Positions 47,580 to 59,082 of a stretch of 64,000 nt of DNA are shown one piece after another (position 1 is the stretch's first letter; the number at the start of each line of letters is the position of its first letter). This DNA comes from Spirochaetia bacterium (lineage in GTDB: Bacteria; Spirochaetota; Spirochaetia; SZUA-6; Bin103), in contig CBDBOV010000005.1 in NCBI GenBank assembly GCA_965208575.1, positions 992,001 through 1,056,000 on the forward strand. The letters run 5' to 3'. A model generated the notes under the pieces. That model did not search any database, was not told the origin of the DNA, and saw only the letters and a program-made list of their open reading frames with translations. The position numbers were made by a program, and so were the translations under genes.

Positions 47580-48629
47580 ATGCCGCGAGAGTTGATCGCT
47601 ACCGCGCCGCGCACACCGGAGTTGCGCGCCTACGAAGAGCCGCCGCTGGGGCCGGACGAGGTGCGCCTGCGGAGCGTCTTTTCCACCGTCAAGCATGGCA
47701 CGCAGTTGCGCGCCTACCGCGCCGACACCATGGATGCCACCCAGCCGTTCGACGCGGAGCTGAAACTGCACCGTCGCACTGGGACGCGGGCCGCCCACGG
47801 CATGAAGCCGCGCTTCCCGATGGCGCTCGGTACCGTGGCGGTGGGCGAGGTGATCGCCGTGGGCGGCGCCGTCGAGTCGTTCGCCGTGGGCGACCGGGTG
47901 TACGGAAACCTGTCGATCCGCGAGACACACACGGTCGCGGCGGAACGCCTGCACTTGGTGCCGCCGGCCATGCACCCGCACGCGGTGGTGTGCGGCGATC
48001 CGGCGTGCGTCGCCCTGTCCGGGGTGCGCGATTCGACCCTGGGCGTCGGCGACCGGGTGCTGGTGACCGGGCTCGGCGCGATCGGGCAGCTGGCGGTGCA
48101 GACGGCGCGCCTGCAGGGCGCCGCCTGGGTGGCGGGCGCCGATCCGATACCGCGCCGGCGCGCCCTTGCCGAACGCCTCGGCGCCGACCTGGTGATCGAC
48201 CCGCTCGCCGAGGACACCGGTCTGGTGGTCAAGACCGCTACCGGCAAGCGGGGCGCCGACGCCGTGATCGAGACCAGCGGCAACTACGCCGGCCTCAACG
48301 ACGCCCTGCGCGCCGCCGCCTACGGGGCGACCGTGGTGTCGGTGGCCTACTACCCGGGCGAGGGCCGCGGCCTCAGCCTGGAAGGCGAATGGCATCGCAA
48401 CCGCATCAACCTGATCTCCAGCCGCGACGTCAGCGCGCCGCACCGCCTGTTCCCGCGCTGGGACGCCGCCCGGCTCCATGACGCCGCCTTCGCGCTCCTG
48501 CAGCAGGGCCGGCTGCGGGTGGACGGCCTGCTCGACCCGGTGGTGCCGTTCGAAGACAGCGCCGCCGCCTACCGCGAGATCGACGAGAATCCGGCCGCAA
48601 GCATCAAGCTCGGCGTCACTTACGCGTAG
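47580..48629 (+). CDS. Zinc-binding alcohol dehydrogenase (MDR) family protein
   Basis: KHGT, VGEV..VG, GLGAIG, D.VIETSG. Confidence 0.85.
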   Translation: MPRELIATAPRTPELRAYEEPPLGPDEVRLRSVFSTVKHGTQLRAYRADTMDATQPFDAELKLHRRTGTRAAHGMKPRFPMALGTVAVGEVIAVGGAVESFAVGDRVYGNLSIRETHTVAAERLHLVPPAMHPHAVVCGDPACVALSGVRDSTLGVGDRVLVTGLGAIGQLAVQTARLQGAAWVAGADPIPRRRALAERLGADLVIDPLAEDTGLVVKTATGKRGADAVIETSGNYAGLNDALRAAAYGATVVSVAYYPGEGRGLSLEGEWHRNRINLISSRDVSAPHRLFPRWDAARLHDAAFALLQQGRLRVDGLLDPVVPFEDSAAAYREIDENPAASIKLGVTYA

Positions 48630-48689
48630 CAGCGGTTCCGCTGCTCCTGCGTGGCAGCCAGCGATCGTGACGATGAAGCGGGTCGGCGA

Positions 48690-50279
48690 TCACTGCCCCT
48701 CGTGCAGAGAGGTCAGTGCGGGTGGGAAGATGTCGGCAAGTTCGGCGTCGACGCTGCGCAGGACTGCCGTGCACCGTTGGTACACGCGGCGGAAGCAGTC
48801 GTCGTACTGCTCGCGGCGGGCGGGATCGGGGGTGAACCGCCGCTGCACGCGGTATACGCGGCGCACGGCGGTCTCGTAGTCGGGGTAGATGCCGGCGGCG
48901 ATGCCGGCCAGCATGGCGCCGCCGAGCGAGGCCGCCTCCTCGGTGTCGAGCACCTCGACCGTGCGACCGGTGACGTCGGCGCGCAACTGGCTCCAGAACG
49001 GCGAGCGGGCGGCTCCGCCCACCGCCACCACGCGTTGCACGTCGGCGCCGAACAGGCGTTCGAATTCGTCGATGCGCGCCCTGACCTCGTAGCAGATCCC
49101 CTCCAGCATGGCGCGCACGAAGTCGCCGCCGGTGTGCGAGTCGCGGATGCCGAGGAAGGCGCCGCGCACCGCGGGGTCGGTCGGCGTGCCGCGCACGTTG
49201 GGCAGCCAGATCAGCCCGCGCGCCCGTGCCGCCGCCTGTTCGGCGCCCGCCAGCAGCAGGTCGTAAACGTTGTTTCCGGTCCGTGCGGCCTGCTCCCGCA
49301 CGTCGCCGCCGAACCGTTCCAGGTACCAGTCCAGCGCGGTGGCCCCGAACAGGATGCAGTCCATCACCTGGTAATGGTCGGCCAGGGGATGCGGATAGAC
49401 CGGGATGGCGGCATCGTGCGCCGCGTCGGACAGGCGCGCTTCCGGCAGCACGCCGAGCATCACGTCCGCCGTGCCGGTGGAGTTGAGCACCGAATCGGGC
49501 CCGAGCACGTTTGCCGGCAGCGACGTACAGCCGTGGTCATGGCCGCCGGTGGCCACCACGGTTCCCGGCGCGAGGCCGGTGACGGCGGAGGCGATCCCGG
49601 TCACGCCGCCCACCGCGGTGCCGCTGGGATAGGGCACCGCCATCAAGCCGGGGTCGAGGCCCGCCGCGGCGAACAACTCTTCCGACCAGCACTTGCGCTG
49701 CACGTCGAAGCCCATGGTGCGGCTGGCAATCGAGTAGTCGGTGGCGTACACGCCGGTCAGCTTGAACATCACGTAGTCTTCCACCACCAGCCAGCGCCGG
49801 GCGCGCCGGAACACTTCCGGCTCGTGCTCGCGCAGCCACAGCATGGCGTTCAGCGAAAGGAAAAAGCTGACCAGCTGGCCGGTGATCCCGTACACCCGGC
49901 GCGCGCCGACCTGGTCGCGCCACCACTGCGCCTGCGGCTCGGTGCGCCGGTCGAACCAGCAGATGGCCGGGTACAGCCAGTTGCCGCGCCCGTCGACCGG
50001 AATGATCGGCTCGCCCATGCCGACCACCGCCAGCGCCTTGATCTGCCCGGCGTCGGGTACCTGGCCGACCACCTCGCGGATGTTGGCGACCGTGGCCTGC
50101 CACAGCGCCTCCGGCGAATACTCCGCCCAGTCGGGATTGTGAGGATGCGCGTGTTCGGCCACGGTAGGCCGCGACGCGGCCGCGACGCGCCGTCCCGCCA
50201 CGTCATACAGGTTGGCCTTCAGGTTGGTGGTGCCGATGTCGATGCCCAGCAGGTAGGGCGGCTCGGTTGCGGCCTTCAC
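48690..50279 (-). CDS. FGGY-family carbohydrate kinase
   Basis: LGIDIGTT, WFDRR, ASRT, GGHDH, RAMLEG, GGAARS.FW.Q..ADV; GTG overlaps the ureD stop. Confidence 0.9.
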   Translation of the reverse strand: MKAATEPPYLLGIDIGTTNLKANLYDVAGRRVAAASRPTVAEHAHPHNPDWAEYSPEALWQATVANIREVVGQVPDAGQIKALAVVGMGEPIIPVDGRGNWLYPAICWFDRRTEPQAQWWRDQVGARRVYGITGQLVSFFLSLNAMLWLREHEPEVFRRARRWLVVEDYVMFKLTGVYATDYSIASRTMGFDVQRKCWSEELFAAAGLDPGLMAVPYPSGTAVGGVTGIASAVTGLAPGTVVATGGHDHGCTSLPANVLGPDSVLNSTGTADVMLGVLPEARLSDAAHDAAIPVYPHPLADHYQVMDCILFGATALDWYLERFGGDVREQAARTGNNVYDLLLAGAEQAAARARGLIWLPNVRGTPTDPAVRGAFLGIRDSHTGGDFVRAMLEGICYEVRARIDEFERLFGADVQRVVAVGGAARSPFWSQLRADVTGRTVEVLDTEEAASLGGAMLAGIAAGIYPDYETAVRRVYRVQRRFTPDPARREQYDDCFRRVYQRCTAVLRSVDAELADIFPPALTSLHEGQ

Positions 50280-51295
50280 GCCGTATCGCTCCGCGTTGCG
50301 CGCGCCACGTCGGCGGCCAGGCGCGTGACCAGGTAGCCGTGCGGGTCGAGGATGCGGGCCACGGTCACGTCGTCGGTGAGGGCGCCCTGGCTGACGGCGG
50401 CGCCGTCGGCCGCCAGCCGGCGGCGAATGGCGGCCAGCTCGGCCACGGCGCGTGGGCCGCATGCCACGCAGGTGCCCCAACCCAGGTAGTCTCCGAAGCC
50501 GCTGGCCGCCAGCGGCACGGCCGGTGGGCGCAGGTCCCAGCGCTCGCGATACACCACGCGGTCATCGTGGAGCACGGTGAGCCGATAGGCAAGCCGGTTG
50601 AACGCCCAGCGTTCCCCCATCTGCGTGCGTCCGGGGCAGCCGCTCTCCACCAGCAGGCACTCGCCGCCGGCGGCAACGCACACGACGGTGGTCTGCGCCA
50701 CGGCGGCGCCGGCAAACGGAATCAGCGGCGGACCGGCAATGCGCAGGTAGCTGCCGCCGCCCACCCGCGCTGCCAGTTGCAGGTGGGAAACACCGCCACC
50801 GGCTTCGGACTCTTCCGGCGCACCGGAACCGCCGTGCGAACCGGGACCTCCGTGCGACCCCGGTCCTTCAGGCGAACGCGTTGCTCCAGGCGAACGCGTT
50901 GCTCCAGGCGAACCAGTTCCTCCAGGCGAATCCGGTCCTCCGGGCGAACCCGGTCCGCCGGGAGCACCCGGTCCTCCGGGCGAACCCGGGTCACCGGGAA
51001 GGCACAGGGTGCTTGCCGGCGGGGCCCAGGTCACCTCGGCGCCGTCCGCGAGCGCGACGCGCTGCAGGTGGCGTTCGCCGTTGCGCAGGCCGCCGCCCTG
51101 GTCCACCGGCGCCGCCAGCAGGCCGCCGCCGGGGCAGGGCAGCACGTTGACGAATAGCGGCGCCCGGTAGCGCGTCCGCCAGCGCCGCCCCTCGGCAGTA
51201 AGCCGCACCTCGCCGCGGCGCACCGCGTCAGTCACGGCGTCCGGTCCCGGCGTGCCGCGCAGGTGTCGATGCCCCGATGTCGGCACTCGCCGCAT
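50276..51295 (-). CDS. ureD: Urease accessory protein UreD/UreH with an internal Gly-X-Pro repeat
   Basis: [31 protein letters not shown]; located after ureFG; alternative start GTG 51235. Confidence 0.75.
   Translation of the reverse strand: MRRVPTSGHRHLRGTPGPDAVTDAVRRGEVRLTAEGRRWRTRYRAPLFVNVLPCPGGGLLAAPVDQGGGLRNGERHLQRVALADGAEVTWAPPASTLCLPGDPGSPGGPGAPGGPGSPGGPDSPGGTGSPGATRSPGATRSPEGPGSHGGPGSHGGSGAPEESEAGGGVSHLQLAARVGGGSYLRIAGPPLIPFAGAAVAQTTVVCVAAGGECLLVESGCPGRTQMGERWAFNRLAYRLTVLHDDRVVYRERWDLRPPAVPLAASGFGDYLGWGTCVACGPRAVAELAAIRRRLAADGAAVSQGALTDDVTVARILDPHGYLVTRLAADVARATRSDTA
50816..50998 (-). repeat. About 10 degenerate 18-bp tandem units encoding PGGPGS-like repeats within ureD
   Basis: Plus-strand unit GGCGAACCCGGTCCTCC(G/A); two identical GGCGAACGCGTTGCTCCA copies. 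Confidence 0.85.
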
Positions 51296-51377
51296 CGCTC
51301 ACCGGGCGACCGAGCCGGCTCCCCGGCGAGCCGCGGCCCGCCGGGGACGCGAGCGCTTCGCGGCGCGCAGCCGGCGG

Positions 51378-51420
51378 CGCCGCCCGCTGCGCACGCCGCC
51401 CGCTGCGCACGCCGCCCGCT
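51378..51420. repeat. 16-bp tandem repeat (2.7 copies) between ureG and ureD
   Basis: CGCCGCCCGCTGCGCA x2 plus CGCCGCCCGCT. Confidence 0.7.
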
Positions 51421-51718
51421 CCGGACCAGCCGGGCGGCGCGTGCTGCCCGGACGGCGGTAGCACTCGTAGTCCCGTCGGTTGGGGTGCCGCGCCGCCGGC
51501 CTGCGCACCGGCCCGAGTGACTGCCCGGTAACGGCGTGCGGAGGAGTGGCGCTCGCCGTGGTAGTCCCTGTCGAAACATCGGTGTCATCCGAGCGGCGAC
51601 GCATCCCGTTCGGCAGCGTTGCGCCGCGCTCACCGACGACCGATACGCTCGTTCGTCTCGCCTTGCCAACCGGGCGCCTCGCCGGTCTCGGTGCGACGCC
51701 GGCTTCCGCCATGGCCTG

Positions 51719-52444
51719 CTACCGGTGGGCGTGCACGTGTGGGTGGTCGTGGTGGTGATGGTGGTGATGGTGGTGGTGGCCGCCCGCGCCCCACTCGGGG
51801 AGGCCGTCGCGCGGCGCCTCCGCGGTGCAGGCGTCGTGCACCCAGGCCGCCACCTGCTCCACCCCCACGCCGTCCTTCAGGTTGGTCATCACGAACGGGC
51901 GCCCGCCACGGGCGGCGCGCACGTCGGCGGTCATCCGCTCCAGGTCCACCTCGACGTACGGCGCCAGGTCGATCTTGTTGACCACCAGCAGGTCGCTGCG
52001 CGTGATGCCCAGGCCTCCCTTGCGCGGGATGTCGCCCCCCTGCGCAACGTCGATCACGTAGATCTGGTAATCGACCAGGTCGGGGCTGAAGCTGGCCGCC
52101 AGGTTGTCGCCGCCGCTCTCGATGAACGCCACGTGCGCATCCGGGAACCGGTCGTGGAGGCCGAGCAGCGCATCCGCGTTCACGGAGATGTCGTCGCGCA
52201 CCGCGGCATGGGGGCAGCCGCCCGTTTCCACGCCGACGATGCGGCCATCGTCCAGGGCGCCCGCCCGGATCAGGAAGTCGGCGTCCTCGCGCGAGTAGAT
52301 GTCGTTGGTAATGGCCACGATCGAGTGCTTGCCGCCGAGCCGCTGGCACAGGCGCAGCAGCAGGTGGCTCTTGCCCGAACCCACCGGCCCGCCGATGCCG
52401 AAGCGCGTAGCGCCGCGATGGTGTGCGTGTGGAGCGTCAGTCAC
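51719..52444 (-). CDS. ureG: Urease accessory GTPase UreG with a poly-His tail
   Basis: [33 protein letters not shown]; C-terminal H9DHPHVHAH. Confidence 0.96.
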   Translation of the reverse strand: MTDAPHAHHRGATRFGIGGPVGSGKSHLLLRLCQRLGGKHSIVAITNDIYSREDADFLIRAGALDDGRIVGVETGGCPHAAVRDDISVNADALLGLHDRFPDAHVAFIESGGDNLAASFSPDLVDYQIYVIDVAQGGDIPRKGGLGITRSDLLVVNKIDLAPYVEVDLERMTADVRAARGGRPFVMTNLKDGVGVEQVAAWVHDACTAEAPRDGLPEWGAGGHHHHHHHHHHDHPHVHAHR

Positions 52445-52513
52445 GGGAAACTCCTTGAAAACAAATATAACGGAGCGAGCCGGCCACGATGCGCACGACG
52501 CGGCCGTGCCGGA

Positions 52514-53257
52514 TCAACTGCGAAAGTAGCGCGCATCGAGTTCGCTGTGCCCGGCCACCGCCAAGTCCCAGCCGGGCGTAACCGAAGCCGGTGGACGGCG
52601 GCAGCAAACCGTCTCTGCGGCAAGGTCTGAGATCTCGTCGAGCAGTGAGCCGACTACGTCGAGAGCCGCGGACTGACCGATGGGAATGGTGCGAATCGCC
52701 ACCTGCGACCACTGCCGCGCAGTGTTCAGCAGGTGCGCCCGCACCAGCACCTCGGCGCCAATCGCCAGCAGGCCGCCTACGAATCCCCACGCCACCGCGA
52801 ATTGGACGCGCTCCCGGTGGCGGTGGCTAACCCGCACCACCTCGACATGGCCGGCTGTGCGCCGCAACAACGGGAATGCGGCGCCGGCAGTAGTCAGCAG
52901 TGAGCGCCCCAATTGGCCGCTGGCGCTGCGCGCCTCGTGAGATGGCAGAAAGCTTGCCAACTCGTCGCTAAGCCTTACGACGCGGTCTGCAGCGCGCGTC
53001 GCATCGGCTCGCTTCCCGTCGGCGCAGGAGCCTGCTAACCGCGCGCCCCGCGCGACGGCGCGTCCCTCCAACGGCGCAACCCCGAAGCGCAACGCATCGC
53101 GGATCCAGGGATGCAGGTCGACGGCGCCCGTGACCCACCCGCTCCGTATCGCCCACTCCAGCCCCCACGAGTGCGCGTATGCACCAGTAGGGAAGGCACT
53201 ATCCGCCAGCACCAGCAGCCGAAGCTGCTCCACTCTACGCGAATCCGTCACCCACAC
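52514..53257 (-). CDS. ureF: Urease accessory protein UreF
   Basis: LADSAFPTGAYAHSWGLE, IPIGQ, H....R.FRS. Confidence 0.93.
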   Translation of the reverse strand: MWVTDSRRVEQLRLLVLADSAFPTGAYAHSWGLEWAIRSGWVTGAVDLHPWIRDALRFGVAPLEGRAVARGARLAGSCADGKRADATRAADRVVRLSDELASFLPSHEARSASGQLGRSLLTTAGAAFPLLRRTAGHVEVVRVSHRHRERVQFAVAWGFVGGLLAIGAEVLVRAHLLNTARQWSQVAIRTIPIGQSAALDVVGSLLDEISDLAAETVCCRRPPASVTPGWDLAVAGHSELDARYFRS

Positions 53258-53321
53258 GTTGGCGCTGCAACAAACCTCGCCGCAGAGTGAGCCCCGTCAC
53301 AGGTGACGAAGGAATGACGAT

Positions 53322-54008
53322 TCATAGCCCCAACTTGTGCTTGGCAGCACCCATATTGGGTGCATATTCCAAGCTTATTACCGCGAATTCGCTCTGGATG
53401 TCGGGACGTAGCTCTCCGTGTAATTGATAGTCTCTAGTGTTGGAAGATACGAAGACTGCGGCAACCATCACTCCCGAGTTGCGAAGTTTACGAATATGGT
53501 CAAGATAGGTTTCGATAATCGTACAATCTGCGAGCGACTCTTTTCCTTTGCGCGCCGGAGCCCGTAATTCCTTTGCGCGCCGATAAGCAGCTAATTCTGT
53601 TTGCTCGGTTTGCAACGCGACTGCGCTGACACTCAACCAGCGTTCCGCAACGCCACGGCAACGAGTCAAATGACCTTCCCAATGCTCAGTATTCGCCTTT
53701 CCCGGGGATCCGTGAAGTGCCGCCAATCGGTCAAGTTTGTCAATATCCTCTCGCATCCTGCGAATGCTCCTCGCTGCTTCTTCTTGTACATGGTCGACAC
53801 TTTCGGAAAACTCCGAGCGGACCAAGTCCGTGACAACGGCCACGAGGTTTACGCCGGACTCGGCCTCTAACAGAAGTGCCAACGAAGCCTCTTGGTGATC
53901 CGCATAGACGTCGTTTCGAGCAGGATCACGTATAACATCGAGAATGGCACACGTATCAAGGCATAGAATGGGGGCATGACTTGATATGGGATCTACTCTT
54001 GTTGACAA
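53322..54008 (-). CDS. PIN-domain nuclease (PIN_12/DUF4935-like), low GC
   Basis: LDTCAILD, VRSEF, KESLADCTIIETYL, FVSSNTRDY acidic set. Confidence 0.75.
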   Translation of the reverse strand: MSTRVDPISSHAPILCLDTCAILDVIRDPARNDVYADHQEASLALLLEAESGVNLVAVVTDLVRSEFSESVDHVQEEAARSIRRMREDIDKLDRLAALHGSPGKANTEHWEGHLTRCRGVAERWLSVSAVALQTEQTELAAYRRAKELRAPARKGKESLADCTIIETYLDHIRKLRNSGVMVAAVFVSSNTRDYQLHGELRPDIQSEFAVISLEYAPNMGAAKHKLGL

Positions 54009-54025
54009 GGGTTACGAATTCTTGC

Positions 54026-54739
54026 TTAGTTCCGATCGTATTCTTTTAACAGGGCCATTCCGAACTCAAATTCAAGCGTGAGATCGCGCGCCACCTCTGG
54101 TGGCCACTGATCGACTTCTACCAACCAGCGACCTAAGGTGTGAGTGTCTAACTCTCCATTTGCTCTATGCACGGCAAACAGAAACTCGAACCACCTTTGC
54201 TGATCCGACGGATGGGAGGATCCAGTGGACTTGTTGGCCGCGACCGAAAAACGGCGTAGTGCGCGGGCAGCCTCATGAGATGTCCAGTCGGTGATGCACC
54301 GCTCACGCTTGCCGAGTTCGAAGGAGAACATGGACTCGTCGGAAGCAGGTACTACAACTCGACTGACAAAGTCGTTGAGCACGTCATTGTACCCTCTCAC
54401 ACCGAGTTCACTGATCTCTTTCGGTACTATGTTGGCAACCGTAAAGCCGTCGGTTCTTTCCCACAGCGTCAGAACGGAAGCTTCAATGTCGTTTACTCCC
54501 TCACGTTCGAAATTCATCATGTCTTCGCCTAGTGCCAGCTTGTGTTCTTCCGAATAACGCCAAGGTGCCTTGGCATGCTGACGAAGCTTGTCACGAAGTT
54601 CCTGACGGCCTCCATCGTGGGTTGTCAGGAACAGATCCTGAAAGACTTCGATTGAGTCGATCTTGCGTCGCATCGCTTGCCTCATATCACCTGCTATGGC
54701 GAGCGGCGGATTCGTGGACACTCTGCCAGAGAGAGCCAC
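54026..54739 (-). CDS. Hypothetical protein (NIVP and ANKSTGSSHPxDxxRW motifs), low GC
   Basis: Long ORF in low-GC DNA with globular composition; alternative start 54685. Confidence 0.75.
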   Translation of the reverse strand: MALSGRVSTNPPLAIAGDMRQAMRRKIDSIEVFQDLFLTTHDGGRQELRDKLRQHAKAPWRYSEEHKLALGEDMMNFEREGVNDIEASVLTLWERTDGFTVANIVPKEISELGVRGYNDVLNDFVSRVVVPASDESMFSFELGKRERCITDWTSHEAARALRRFSVAANKSTGSSHPSDQQRWFEFLFAVHRANGELDTHTLGRWLVEVDQWPPEVARDLTLEFEFGMALLKEYDRN

Positions 54740-54954
54740 TGACCGGAGCCATTCTCAAGATAATGTATCCTCGACATTGTTGCATTCGTCAAGGTAAGGC
54801 GGGGTGCCGCGCGGGGAACGACACGGGCGCACAACGGCTCCTGTGCACACAAGTAGCGTACCCGTAGGGCGATGTCTCCACTGGTGCGGTTACGGACACA
54901 CAGTACCGCTACCATGGCCCGCAGCACGGCTCTCGACCTTGGGCCGTCTAACCT

Positions 54955-56728
<1,774 letters not shown>

Positions 56729-56736
<8 letters not shown>

Positions 56737-57187
56737 TGCCGAACTCCTGTTTCCGCATCTTCGCCATCGCCGCCGCGCGCACCGCGGGGTCGTCGAGCGC
56801 GCCGCCCACCAGGCCGTTCAGCCCGTGGCATACGCGCTCACCGCCCAGCGCCACCAGGCGCACCAGGTGGCGCTGGCCGGGCTCGAAGCGCACCGCGGTG
56901 CCGGCGGCAATGGCCAGCCTCATGCCGTACGCGCGCGAGCGGTCGAACACCAGCGCGCGATTGACCTCGAAGAAGTGGAAGTGGCTGCCCACCTGGATCG
57001 GCCGGTCGCCGGTGTTGGCCACCGCCAGTTGCACGGCCGTCCGCTCCGCCAGGCTGCGCCACGAGTTGCGCGCCGTCCACACCTGTCCCGGCGCCCAGCC
57101 GTTGCCGGCCCCGGCGCCATGCTCGCCCTCCGCGGCGGCCGCCGCGCGGCCGTGTCCCGCCGCCGGACTCGTTTCCCTGTCCTTCAT
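56729..57187 (-). CDS. ureB: Urease subunit beta
   Basis: [28 protein letters not shown]. Confidence 0.97.
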
Positions 57188-57215
57188 GGTCCTCCCTTCC
57201 CTACTCGGTTCGTGC

Positions 57216-57515
57216 TCACTGGATCGGGTGGTGCAGCGTCACCAGCTTGGTGCCGTCCGGAAACGTGGCCTCCACCTGCACGCTGGGGATCATCTCCGGA
57301 ACGCCGCTCATCACTTCGTCTGCCGACAGAATCGTCGGGCCGAGTTCGACGATGTCGGGCAGCGAACGGCCCTCCCGCGCCCATTCCATGATCTGCGTCG
57401 CGATCATCGCGGTCGCTTCCGGGTAGTTGAGCTTGATCCCGCGCCCGAGCCGGTCGCGCGCCACCATCGCGGCGACCGACAACAGCAGCTTCTCTCGTTC
57501 ATGCGGCGTAAACAT
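57216..57515 (-). CDS. ureA: Urease subunit gamma
   Basis: [32 protein letters not shown]. Confidence 0.97.
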   Translation of the reverse strand: MFTPHEREKLLLSVAAMVARDRLGRGIKLNYPEATAMIATQIMEWAREGRSLPDIVELGPTILSADEVMSGVPEMIPSVQVEATFPDGTKLVTLHHPIQ

Positions 57516-57611
57516 CTTGCCTCTCCATGAACGGCGCGATTCTCCGCCGTGAACAACGTGGTATTCTGCCGTGAGCACTGCGACTCGCAGTCGTAAACAC
57601 TGTCCCAGCTC

Positions 57612-58328
57612 CTACAACATCAGGTGGCTCTCGACGACCGCGCGGTTCTCGGCCCCGGCGCGCCCTTCGTGGACGAAGTTGCCGTGGTCCATCACGTACA
57701 CGCGGTCGGCGAGGCGCAGCGCGAAATCGAGCGATTGCTCAACCAGCAGGATCGCCAGCTCGCCCTGATCGCGGATTTCGCGGATCGCCCGTTCTATCTC
57801 CTGGACGATGGATGGTTGAATGCCCTCGGTCGGTTCGTCCAGCAGCAGCAGGCGCGGGCCGGTGATCAGCACGCGGGCTATCGCAAGTTGCTGCTGCTGG
57901 CCGCCGCTGAGGTCGCCGCCGCGCCGGTCCAGGATGCCGGCGAGGTCGGGAAACAGCTCGAACAGCCAGGGCGGCGCCTGGTCGCGCGACCGGTTGCGCG
58001 CCTCCAGGCCGATGTAGAGGTTCTCGGATACGGTCAGAAACGGAAAGATCTCGCGCCCCTGCGGCACGTAGCCGATGCCGGCGCGCGCGCGCCGGTCCGC
58101 GTGCCAGCGCGTCACGTCGTCCCCGCCAAAGGTGATCGTCCCGCCGCTGGTGCCGAGCACGCCCATCAGCGTTTTCAGCAGCGTGCTCTTGCCGACGCCG
58201 TTGCGTCCCATCACCGCCACCACTTCGCCGGCGCTCACCTGCAGATCGAGATCGTGCACGATCACCGAACTGCCGTACCCGGAACGCAGAGCGCTGGTCT
58301 CAAGCAGCATTTCCGCCTCCCGGCGCAT
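57612..58328 (-). CDS. urtE: Urea ABC transporter ATP-binding subunit
   Basis: GRNGVGKS, YVPQGREIF, LSGGQQQQLAIAR, DEPTEGIQPSI; start may be 58310. Confidence 0.95.
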   Translation of the reverse strand: MRREAEMLLETSALRSGYGSSVIVHDLDLQVSAGEVVAVMGRNGVGKSTLLKTLMGVLGTSGGTITFGGDDVTRWHADRRARAGIGYVPQGREIFPFLTVSENLYIGLEARNRSRDQAPPWLFELFPDLAGILDRRGGDLSGGQQQQLAIARVLITGPRLLLLDEPTEGIQPSIVQEIERAIREIRDQGELAILLVEQSLDFALRLADRVYVMDHGNFVHEGRAGAENRAVVESHLML

Positions 58329-59082
58329 CGGCGCCTCCCGGTTCGCGGCCCAGGTATACGTCGATCACGGTGGGGTCCTGCTTTACCGTGGCAAAATCGC
58401 CCTCGCAGATCACCCGCCCGGCATGCAGGACGGTCACCAGGCTGGCGAAGCGGCTCACGAACTGCATGTCATGCTCCACCACCACTACCGAGCGCTCGCG
58501 GGCGATCGCCTCCAGGATCTCGCCGGTGCGTTCCCGCTCGCCGGCGGTCATGCCGGCCACCGGCTCGTCCACCAGCAGCAGTTCCGGATCCTGCACGATC
58601 GCCATGCCCAGTTCCAGCCACTGCTTCTCGCCGTGCGCCAGGGTGCCGGCCACGCCGCCGCGCCGGTCGGCCAGCCCCACCATGTCCAGCACTTCGTCGA
58701 TGCGCCGCCGCGCGGCACGCCCCTCGCGGTGGAACGCCGCCGCCAGAAAGCCGCGCGGCACCTCCGCCGCCAGCGCCATGTTCTGCTGCACGGTGAGGCT
58801 GTCGAACACCGACGGCGCCTGGAACTTGCGGCTGATGCCCATGCGTGCAACGGAGTGCTCGTCGTGCGCCAGCAGGTCGATCTCGTTGGCGAACTGCACG
58901 CGGCCCTCCACCGGCTTCACCTTGCCGCAGATCACGTCCAGCAGCGTCGTCTTGCCGGCGCCGTTGGGGCCGATCAGGAAGCGCAGTTCCCCCTTGCGCA
59001 CGATCAGGTTGACATGCTCCAGCGCCCTGAATCCGTCGAACTCGACGGTCACCGATTCCATGTACAGGATGTCGTAAAACAT
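58300..59082 (-). CDS. urtD: Urea ABC transporter ATP-binding subunit
   Basis: VEFDGFRA, GPNGAGKTT, RKFQ.P, HGEKQWLE, DEPVAGM. Confidence 0.95.
   Translation of the reverse strand: MFYDILYMESVTVEFDGFRALEHVNLIVRKGELRFLIGPNGAGKTTLLDVICGKVKPVEGRVQFANEIDLLAHDEHSVARMGISRKFQAPSVFDSLTVQQNMALAAEVPRGFLAAAFHREGRAARRRIDEVLDMVGLADRRGGVAGTLAHGEKQWLELGMAIVQDPELLLVDEPVAGMTAGERERTGEILEAIARERSVVVVEHDMQFVSRFASLVTVLHAGRVICEGDFATVKQDPTVIDVYLGREPGGADAPGGGNAA

Noticed and set aside
51299-51712. 137-aa ORF between ureG and ureD as a possible divergent UreE
   Set aside because: Low-complexity, repeat-containing translation with no UreE motif (e.g. GNxH).
54946-54952. GTTAGAC (integron core GTTRRRY) just after the ureC stop on the minus strand, suggesting the PIN pair is an integron cassette
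   Set aside because: No convincing attC (RYYYAAC...GTTRRRY stem) after the PIN gene and no intI; a 7-mer alone is not significant.
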